64,000 nt of DNA. Source: Flavobacteriales bacterium (GTDB taxonomy: Bacteria; Bacteroidota; Bacteroidia; Flavobacteriales_D; Crocinitomicaceae). The position numbers were made by a program, and so were the translations under genes. Position 1 is the first letter of the stretch; each line of letters opens with the position of its first letter. The stretch covers positions 1,210 through 65,209 of the forward strand of contig JBJTCG010000103.1 of the NCBI GenBank assembly GCA_046091725.1, written 5' to 3'. The notes beneath the pieces were generated by a model. That model ran no database searches. It was not told where the DNA came from and was given only the letters and a program-made list of their open reading frames with translations. Below are positions 38,409 through 46,400 of this stretch, one piece after another.

Positions 38409-38799
38409 ACGCGCCACCTTTAACGCAGCCCATCGGCTTTATCGCAAAGATTGGTCCGATGAAAAAAACTTTTCCATTTTTGGAAAATGCAGTAATCCTA
38501 ATTTTCATGGACACAATTACACCCTAGAAGTTTGGATTGAAGGTGACATCGACCCTGAAACTGGTTACTTAATTGACTTAAAAATAGTCAAAGACCTCAT
38601 CAATGAAGAAGTTCAGGAACGCTTTGATCACAAAAACCTCAACCTAGACTGCCCAGAATTTGCAGCATTGAATCCAACAGCTGAAAATATCGCGGTAGTC
38701 ATCTGGGACCTACTCAGGGCTAGACTTGATCAGAAATATGGGCTCAGCATCAAGCTTTGGGAAACACAAAACAACATCATCATTTACGACGGAAAATGA
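38395..38799 (+). CDS. 6-pyruvoyl-tetrahydropterin / 6-carboxy-tetrahydropterin synthase (PTPS/QueD family)
   Basis: FNAAHRL, the FGKCSNPNFHGHNY motif (Cys plus HGH zinc site), and DHKNLNLD. Confidence 0.85.
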   Translation: MKVCRRATFNAAHRLYRKDWSDEKNFSIFGKCSNPNFHGHNYTLEVWIEGDIDPETGYLIDLKIVKDLINEEVQERFDHKNLNLDCPEFAALNPTAENIAVVIWDLLRARLDQKYGLSIKLWETQNNIIIYDGK

Positions 38800-40091
38800 G
38801 TACTGCTTTATTTTGGCATCGTCGAGATTTACGCATCCAAGACAATGCCGGGCTTTACAAGGCACTCTGCAATCATTCAGTGGTTCATGTGGTCTTTGTT
38901 TTTGACACCACCATTCTTGAACACTTGCCAAAAAATGACCAACGCGTGCTGTTCATCTACCAGCAAGTCGCGGCGCTCCAAAAAGCATATCAGGCATTGG
39001 GCTCTGATTTAACAGTACTTTACGGTGACCCTAAAAAATTGATCCCTGAACTTGCCCAAGAACTCAATGTAAGTTGTGTATATGCCAACCGTGACTATGA
39101 GCTAAGCGCAATTGCCCGTGACCAGCACATTTTCGAAATGCTTCAACTAAAAAGCATTGATTTCAAAGGAGCGAAGGATCAAGTTATATTTGAAAAAAGT
39201 GAAGTGGTGAAAGATGATGGCAAACCCTACACCATCTACACACCCTATTCTAAAAAATGGAAGGCAAAACTCAATGACTTTTATTTGCAGTCGTATCCAA
39301 CTGAAAAATACCTCCATCATTTGGCTCAAAAGTCAACAAGCACTTTGCTGAGTTTAGCATCCATGGGATTTTTAGCTGAACAAACGCAAACTTTTCCGAA
39401 TTCAAATACACCAATCGACATTCTCCAAAAATACCACCTGCAAAGAGATACACCATCAATTGCCGGAACTTCACGTCTGAGTTTACACCTTCGTTTTGGC
39501 ACTATTTCGATTCGAAAATTGGCAAGAGAAGCATTACAAACCAATGAAAAGTATCTCAATGAACTGATCTGGAGAGATTTCTATCAAATGATTTTATTCC
39601 ATTTTCCGCAAACAACAGACAGTGCCTTTAAGCCTGCCTATGACAAAATAGTTTGGGAAAACAATGAAAAAGATTTCCACGCTTGGTGCAAGGGCCAGAC
39701 CGGGTATCCGCTTGTTGATGCTGGTATGAGAGAGCTCAATGCTACTGGATTTATGCACAACCGTGTACGCATGGTTGTAGCCAGTTTTTTAACCAAACAT
39801 TTATTGATTGATTGGCGTTGGGGCGAGCGCTATTTTGCTGAAAAATTGCTCGATTTTGAATTGGCCAGTAATATTGGTGGTTGGCAATGGGCGGCAGGTT
39901 GTGGCTGTGATGCAGCACCCTATTTTAGAGTTTTTAACCCTGAGGCCCAGCAAAAGAAGTTCGACCCTCAATTTATGTATATCAAAAAGTGGGTCCCTGA
40001 ATTTGGCACGGCTCAGTACGCCAAACCAATCGTGGAACATAAATTTGCACGAGAACGCATTTTAACTCGATTTAAAACCGCACTACAATGA
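38796..40091 (+). CDS. phr: Photolyase/cryptochrome family flavoprotein (deoxyribodipyrimidine photolyase or DASH-type)
   Basis: N-terminus LFWHRRDLRIQDNAGL and the C-terminal FAD-binding region GGWQWAAGCGCDAAPYFRVFNP. Its start overlaps the upstream stop as ATGA. Confidence 0.88.
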   Translation: MSTALFWHRRDLRIQDNAGLYKALCNHSVVHVVFVFDTTILEHLPKNDQRVLFIYQQVAALQKAYQALGSDLTVLYGDPKKLIPELAQELNVSCVYANRDYELSAIARDQHIFEMLQLKSIDFKGAKDQVIFEKSEVVKDDGKPYTIYTPYSKKWKAKLNDFYLQSYPTEKYLHHLAQKSTSTLLSLASMGFLAEQTQTFPNSNTPIDILQKYHLQRDTPSIAGTSRLSLHLRFGTISIRKLAREALQTNEKYLNELIWRDFYQMILFHFPQTTDSAFKPAYDKIVWENNEKDFHAWCKGQTGYPLVDAGMRELNATGFMHNRVRMVVASFLTKHLLIDWRWGERYFAEKLLDFELASNIGGWQWAAGCGCDAAPYFRVFNPEAQQKKFDPQFMYIKKWVPEFGTAQYAKPIVEHKFARERILTRFKTALQ

Positions 40092-40558
40092 ACCTAGCAT
40101 TACAAATTGGGGATACCTGCCCTGCATTTAACTTACCAGACAGTCAAGGAAAGCAGGTTGAAATAGCAAGCTATCTCGGAAAAAAAATATTGGTCATTTT
40201 CTTTTACCCCAAAGATGACACACCCGGATGCACCAAAGAGGCTTGTGCTTTTCGCGATGCCTACGCAGACTTTCTTGATTTAAGCTGCGAAGTTTTTGGT
40301 ATTTCATCAGATTCTTCAGATAGCCATGCTGCTTTTCAAAACAAGCACAACCTGCCTTATCCATTACTATCTGACCAACAAAAAAAGGTGCGCCAATTAT
40401 TTGGCGTACCCGGTAATTTATTTGGCCTGATTCCTGGTCGAGTTACATATGTAGTTGGCCTCGACTCAAAAATTGCAGGCATTTTTAATTCTCAAACCAA
40501 CCCTGTAGGCCATATTGAAGAAGCCATCAAGGTGGTGAAAAACTTACTTACTGCTTGA
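40088..40558 (+). CDS. bcp: Peroxiredoxin Bcp (PrxQ type)
   Basis: FFYPKDDTPGCTKEAC active-site motif. Its start overlaps the photolyase stop as ATGA. Confidence 0.9.
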   Translation: MNLALQIGDTCPAFNLPDSQGKQVEIASYLGKKILVIFFYPKDDTPGCTKEACAFRDAYADFLDLSCEVFGISSDSSDSHAAFQNKHNLPYPLLSDQQKKVRQLFGVPGNLFGLIPGRVTYVVGLDSKIAGIFNSQTNPVGHIEEAIKVVKNLLTA

Positions 40559-40740
40559 TGAATTGAAGCTCAGCACTGAGTTTAATCACGTTACAAGTAA
40601 CCGTCATTCCGGCTTTAGTTAGCCAGTAAGAATCAACTGCAATTCCAGCAAATTCTGCTTTTTTATAATGCAAAATTACGTCTCAACGCATACCAAACCA
40701 TTGACCTGCTTTAAGACTTTTAACTCATAGGCAAAAAGTG

Positions 40741-40748
40741 TACTTTTG
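40741..40748 (+). promoter_or_regulatory. -7 type promoter box TACTTTTG only 4 nt upstream of ATG 40753
   Basis: Exact TAnnTTTG match. The spacing implies a leaderless or near-leaderless transcript. Confidence 0.4.
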
Positions 40749-40752
40749 AAAA

Positions 40753-41451
40753 ATGAGAACTATCGTTTTTGGCATTATATTATTTCGAGTATTCACGGGG
40801 CATTCCCAACACATGAATCAACAAATTCGAAATAATTATCCAACACAACTCTTTTTTGGAACCACTCGGGCTCAAGTTTATAGAAGCTTACTTCCCAATG
40901 AAAACTTTTTGGCGGTTCCACTCGGAGAAAGAGGACGTGAGGTTCCGATGTATGCTTGGTCTCAACAACTGGGCATTCAAGTAGGGCTAAGCAAACACTT
41001 TTTAATTGAAGGGGGGCTATCCTATATGCAAAATGGCGAGGGCTATTCTTGGAAGGCTTTGGATACAGATTCTAGCTTTTCATACCAAACACGCTATCGT
41101 TACCTCGCACTTCCTATTCAATTGAAGTGTAGTTTTGGTCAGAAGTTTTCTTTTTACACTGGTGCTGGTTTCATTCCAGCCCTCTATTTGTCTTATGTAC
41201 AAGATCAGCAGTGGACCAATCCATTTGGCGCCAAATACGACAACCAAATTAAAGTGAACAATACGATGAATAGTTTTGCATTTGCCTGGACCTGCTCTGC
41301 GGGCTTTGAATTGCCTTTGAACCCGACGCTTCGTCTTCGTGTAGGTTTACAATACCGTCAGCAACTCACCAATTCATACGACCCTTATCAAGATTACATT
41401 CACAAAAGCAAAGCCTTTTGTTACAATTTTGGGTTATCAAAAAAGATATAA
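40753..41451 (+). CDS. Outer-membrane beta-barrel (OmpA-like porin family) protein
   Basis: Signal peptide, then alternating amphipathic strands with aromatic girdle residues. The C-terminal region CYNFGLSKKI is weakly typical. Confidence 0.6.
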   Translation: MRTIVFGIILFRVFTGHSQHMNQQIRNNYPTQLFFGTTRAQVYRSLLPNENFLAVPLGERGREVPMYAWSQQLGIQVGLSKHFLIEGGLSYMQNGEGYSWKALDTDSSFSYQTRYRYLALPIQLKCSFGQKFSFYTGAGFIPALYLSYVQDQQWTNPFGAKYDNQIKVNNTMNSFAFAWTCSAGFELPLNPTLRLRVGLQYRQQLTNSYDPYQDYIHKSKAFCYNFGLSKKI

Positions 41452-41452
41452 T

Positions 41453-42547
41453 ATGCAGTTAGCACAGATCATCAAATTTCTTGAACAGCAATTTCCACTC
41501 TCACTTCAAGAAGATTACGACAATGCGGGCTTGCTATACGGAAGACCCGAGCAAGAAATTACAGGTGCTTTGGTTTGCCTTGACAGTACAGAGGCTATTG
41601 TAGAAGAGGCTATTGAAACAGGCTGTAATCTAATTATTGCGCATCATCCGATTGTTTTCAAGGGCCTTAAAAAAATAAATGGAAAGACGTACATCGAACG
41701 TGTGGTAGAGCGCTGTATCCAACAGCAAATCGCTATTTACGCCATTCATACGAACTTAGACAACCATTATCGAGGAGTAAATCAAAAAATTGCAGCAAAA
41801 TTAGGGCTCATTAATACCCGAATTTTAAAGCCCATGCGCGGCCAACTTTCAAAGCTTGTGGTATATGTGCCGATAGAGGACTTTCGAAAAGTAGATCATG
41901 CCATATTAGGTGCTGGTGCCGGACAAATTGGAAATTATAGCGAATGTCATTTTAGATCCGAAGGTATTGGAACATTTACACCCCTTAAAGGAGCTGCACC
42001 AGTCATCGGAAAAATTGATCAACGCGAAGAAGTCGCAGAACTCAAACTAGAATACGTTGTTTCCAATCATTTGATAGCGGACGTCCTGAGCGCTATGCAG
42101 CAAGCCCATCCCTATGAAGAGGTAGCTTACGAACTGATTGCATTGCTCAATCAGCACCAAGAACTAGGTGCAGGTATGGTTGGTGAACTCCCTGAAGCCA
42201 TTGAAAGTTTGGAATTTCTAAAAAAAGTAAAGGATATTTTCAATTGCGGCTGTATCAAGCATACCGATTTGGTGCATCGTCAAATTAAAACCATTGCACT
42301 TTGCGGAGGTTCAGGTAGCTTCTTGTTACCTGATGCAATAAGGGCTAAAGCAGATTTATACCTCTCTGCTGATTTTAAATACCACGAGTTTTTTGATGCA
42401 GAATCTAAGCTCATCATTGCAGATATTGGCCACTTTGAAAGCGAGCAATTTACAAGTGAAATTTTGACTGAAATAATTAAAGAAAATTTTCCTAACTTTG
42501 CCATCCGTTTAACTAAGTTGAATACGAATCCCGTTAACTATTTATAG
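41453..42547 (+). CDS. Nif3-like dinuclear metal centre protein (YbgI/YqfO family, with PII-like insert)
   Basis: DNAGLLYG, LIIAHHPIVFKGLKK, and C-terminal IADIGHFESEQF motifs. Confidence 0.85.
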   Translation: MQLAQIIKFLEQQFPLSLQEDYDNAGLLYGRPEQEITGALVCLDSTEAIVEEAIETGCNLIIAHHPIVFKGLKKINGKTYIERVVERCIQQQIAIYAIHTNLDNHYRGVNQKIAAKLGLINTRILKPMRGQLSKLVVYVPIEDFRKVDHAILGAGAGQIGNYSECHFRSEGIGTFTPLKGAAPVIGKIDQREEVAELKLEYVVSNHLIADVLSAMQQAHPYEEVAYELIALLNQHQELGAGMVGELPEAIESLEFLKKVKDIFNCGCIKHTDLVHRQIKTIALCGGSGSFLLPDAIRAKADLYLSADFKYHEFFDAESKLIIADIGHFESEQFTSEILTEIIKENFPNFAIRLTKLNTNPVNYL

Positions 42548-42550
42548 CAC

Positions 42551-43300
42551 ATGGCAGCAGCAACCAAAAAAGAAGGTACCATCGCAGAAAAATTGGATGC
42601 GCTTTTTGAACTCCAAAAAATCGACTCTGAAATCGACCGCATTCGCACCATTCGTGGTGAACTTCCTTTAGAAGTGCAAAGTCTTGAAGATGAAATCATT
42701 GGTCTACATACGCGCGTTTCTAAAATCAATGACGAAATCAAAGAAATCGAAACAGAAATTGCAGATCGCAAATTAGCTGTTAAAGATGCCGAAGCCGCCA
42801 TTGCCAAATACAAAGAACAACAAAACAACGTGCGCAACAACCGCGAATTCGAGTCTCTTTCTAAAGAAATAGAATTCCAAGAGCTTGAAATCAAATTGCA
42901 CGACAAAAAATCGAAAGAAGCAAAGCTTAAAATTGAAATGAAAAAAGAGACCCTTGCCGAGGCCACTGACCGAGTAGCCATGAAGCAAGAAGATCTAGAT
43001 TCTAAAAAAGCTGAGCTTGAAGCCATCGTGAGCGAGACGCAAAAAGACGAAGAGAAACTTATGAAATCCTCTGAATCAGCAAAAAAGAACATCGAAAACC
43101 GTTTGGTTTTTGCTTATGAGCGTTTGCGTACCAATGCAAAAAATGGTTTAGCTGTAGTGCAAGTGATGCGCGGTTCATGTGGTGGCTGTTTCAATAAAAT
43201 CCCACCGCAACGCCAACTTGACATCGTTACCAAAAAGAAAATTATTGTTTGTGAACACTGCGGCAGAGTATTAGTTCCGCAAGAAGCTACTGAGGCATAA
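42551..43300 (+). CDS. Coiled-coil protein with C4 zinc ribbon (COG1579 / zf-RING_7 type)
   Basis: Long E/K-rich coiled coil, then CGGC...CEHCGR. The pairing with the Nif3 gene is a widely conserved gene pair. Confidence 0.75.
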   Translation: MAAATKKEGTIAEKLDALFELQKIDSEIDRIRTIRGELPLEVQSLEDEIIGLHTRVSKINDEIKEIETEIADRKLAVKDAEAAIAKYKEQQNNVRNNREFESLSKEIEFQELEIKLHDKKSKEAKLKIEMKKETLAEATDRVAMKQEDLDSKKAELEAIVSETQKDEEKLMKSSESAKKNIENRLVFAYERLRTNAKNGLAVVQVMRGSCGGCFNKIPPQRQLDIVTKKKIIVCEHCGRVLVPQEATEA

Positions 43301-43338
43301 TCTCAGCAGTTTAGCACATTCAAAATATATTTTAATCT

Positions 43339-43370
43339 AAAAAAAACGCTCCAGTCGGAGCGTTTTTTTA
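43339..43370. terminator. Bidirectional intrinsic terminator between the zinc-ribbon gene and dnaE
   Basis: ACGCTCC-agtc-GGAGCGT hairpin flanked by an A-run and a T-run. Confidence 0.8.
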
Positions 43371-43410
43371 TGCCTAAACATTTCGGCATCTCATGAATTC
43401 AAACGCAAGA

Positions 43411-46400
43411 TCAATTCAATTTAAATTGAATATCGAGTTTGGCTAATTCCTTAAATAATTGGCTTGACGGCTGAACTTTTACACTGCGCGAAGGAAGCGT
43501 AACTTCAATGTTGTCCAAGGGGTCAAAAACAGTAAAATGTATTTGACAAGAACCCGGATTAGCCTCAAATAGTTGATGTAATTGATCAATAACGATTTGA
43601 TCGAGTTGTTTGGCCGAAAAACGCAACTTGAGCATTTTAGCGCGCTTTTCTCGAAGGTCTTGTAAAAGCTCAATTTGATGCACTACAAACTCAGGGACTT
43701 GACGGTAACGCGGAACTTCTATACGACCCTTGATGGCAACGAATGTACCCGGCTCCATGAAATGTTTGAATTTCAAGTAAGACTCTTTGAATAAATTGAG
43801 TTTGTAAGAATCTTGGTAATCTTCGATGATGAGTGATCCGAAACCATCGCCATGCTTGGTAAAACGATGCTCTGCATTGGAGATAATAGCAGCAATGAGG
43901 AGGTCTCTGCCTAAATAAGCAGCGGGGTCATTGAGCATAGTAACTGTTCCGGTACAAAACGAAGTGATCTCAACTTTGAAATCATCAAGTGGGTGTCCTG
44001 AGATAAAGATGCCTACAACTTCTTTTTCTCTGTTGAGTTTGTAAATGGCGGGCCATTCTTCGGCGCGTGGAACGGTTGGTGCAGGCATTGTTGTGCCGGT
44101 AGCCTCGCCAAACATGCTGTGTTGCGAGGAATGTTGTTGCTCTTGAACACTGGCACCATAACGAATAGCTGATTCTAAAAAAGTACGATTGCTCGTATCG
44201 GTGACAAAATACTGTGCCCGGTGCACTTCTTGAAATGAATCAAAGCCTCCGGCGTAAACCAAACTTTCAAAAGCTCGTTTATTGCACAACCTAAGATTAA
44301 TGCGCTTGGTGACATCGAAAATATCGGAAAAAGCTCCGTTTTGTCGCTCTTGTAAAATGGCCTCAACTGGGCCGCTTCCCATTCCTTTGATCGCACCTAG
44401 CCCAAAGCGAATGGCCCCGCTTGCATTCACGGAAAAAGTAAAGCCCGATTCATTGATGTCAGGCCCCAATACTTCAATACCCATGCGTCTGCACTCTTCC
44501 ATGAAAAAAGACACCTGTTTGATGTCGCTCATGTTGTTACTGAGCACAGAAGCCATGTATTCGGCCGGATAATTGGCTTTCAGATAAGCGGTTTGATACG
44601 CAACCCAAGCATAACAGGTTGAGTGCGATTTATTAAAAGCATAAGAAGCAAATGCTTCCCAGTCTTTCCATATTTTTTCGAGTGTTGGCTCGGCATGACC
44701 TTTTGCAGAAGCTCTTTCAATGAAGGTAGGCTTCATTTTATCCAATACTTTGCGGTCTTTTTTACCCATGGCCTTGCGCAGTGTATCTGCCTCACCCTTC
44801 GTAAAATGAGCTAATTTTTGTGACAAAAGCATCACCTGCTCTTGGTACACAGTAATGCCGTAAGTTTCTTTTAGGTATTCTTCACAATCGGCAAGGTCAT
44901 AGACAATTTCTTCTTCGCCGTGCTTGCGTTTACAATAAGACGGGATGTATTCCATTGGCCCTGGTCGGTACAGGGCATTCATGGCAATGAGGTCAGCAAA
45001 AACGGTTGGTTTGAGTTCTTTGAGGTGTTTTTGCATCCCGGGAGATTCATATTGGAAAATACCAACAGTTTCTCCGCGCTGAAACAATGCATATGTAGCT
45101 TCGTCGTCAATGGGGAAGGCATCCGGATCGAGTTCAATGCCGCGGTTTTCTTTGATCAAGCGCACGGCATCTTTGATCAAGGTGAGGGTTTTTAGGCCAA
45201 GGAAGTCCATTTTGAGTAGACCCGCTGACTCGGCTACGGCGTTGTCGTATTGGGTACACACCATTTCGGAATCTTTGGCGGTAGCCACCGGAACAAAATT
45301 GGTGAGGTCGTCTGGGGTAATAATGACACCACAAGCATGGATTCCGGTATTTCGGACAGAACCTTCGATTTCTGTAGCCTTTTGTAAGACTTTAGCCTGC
45401 AGATCTGAGCCGTTATAGATGCGCCGTAACTCTTTGGCATTGGTGATGGCCTCTTGGTTGCGTAATTTATCAATAAGCTCAGGCTCTGGTAAATTGAAAA
45501 GCTTTTTTAAGGAAAGATCTGGAATCAGTTTGGCAAGCCTATCCGCTTCTGGCAATGGCAAATTCATGACCCTAGAGGTATCTCTTACGGCAGACTTCGC
45601 AGCCATTGTTCCGTAGGTAATGATTTGGGCTACTTGGTTAGCCCCATATTTATTGATGACGTATTCGATGACACGGCCGCGGCCTTCGTCGTCGAAATCG
45701 ATATCGATATCGGGCATTGAAATACGGTCAGGATTGAGAAAACGCTCAAAGAGCAGATCGTATTTAATAGGGTCGACGTTGGTGATGCCAATACAATAGG
45801 CAACTGCCGAACCTGCAGCAGATCCGCGGCCAGGCCCAACTGACACACCCATCTGACGTGCCGCATTACAGAAGTCCTGGACGATCAAGAAATAACCGGG
45901 GTAACCGGTTTTTTCAATGGTGGCAAGTTCGAAATCAAGACGTTCTTGTATTTCAGAGTTGATTTCAGTGTAACGCTTTTTAGCTCCTTCAAAAGTGAGG
46001 TACTTAAGGTAGGCGTTCTCACCTCTTTTACCGCCATCTTGCGCATCTAGCGGGTCAATAAACTGACTCGGGATATCAAAGGCAGGCAATAATACTTCAC
46101 GGGCCAAACCATAGTGCTCGCACTTTTCAATGATTTCAGAAATACTGGAAATGGCCTGAGGAATGTCGGCAAAAAGCGCTATCATCTCCTCAGAGGAGCG
46201 CATGTAGTAGGTATCGTTTTCTAAACCATAACGAAAACCTCGGCCCCTTCCTTTAGGTGTTTCTACTAATTCGTTGTCTTTGACGCAAAGCAATACGTCG
46301 TGTGCCAAAGCATCTTTTTGCTCGATATAGTAGGTGTTGTTTGTGGCAACAATTTGTACTTGATGTTTATTGGCCAATGCTACGAGCAATGGATTGACAC

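Noticed and set aside
40559-40752. A 194-nt non-coding gap after bcp, considered as a possible small RNA or riboswitch.
   Set aside because: It has only weak 3-4 bp stems, no recognisable riboswitch or SRP/6S-like core, and no conserved-looking structure. Its 3' end is explained by the TACTTTTG promoter box of the next gene. I cannot exclude an sRNA without a covariance-model search or RNA-seq.
42538-43092. A 184-aa ORF on the minus strand, Ser/Phe-rich, fully antisense to the coiled-coil zinc-ribbon gene.
   Set aside because: It is a shadow ORF. The sense gene is built from GAA, AAA and GAT codons, and their reverse complements (TTC, TTT, ATC) rarely create stops. The product is low-complexity with no motif. 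The sense gene has a clear domain architecture and a conserved Nif3 partner.
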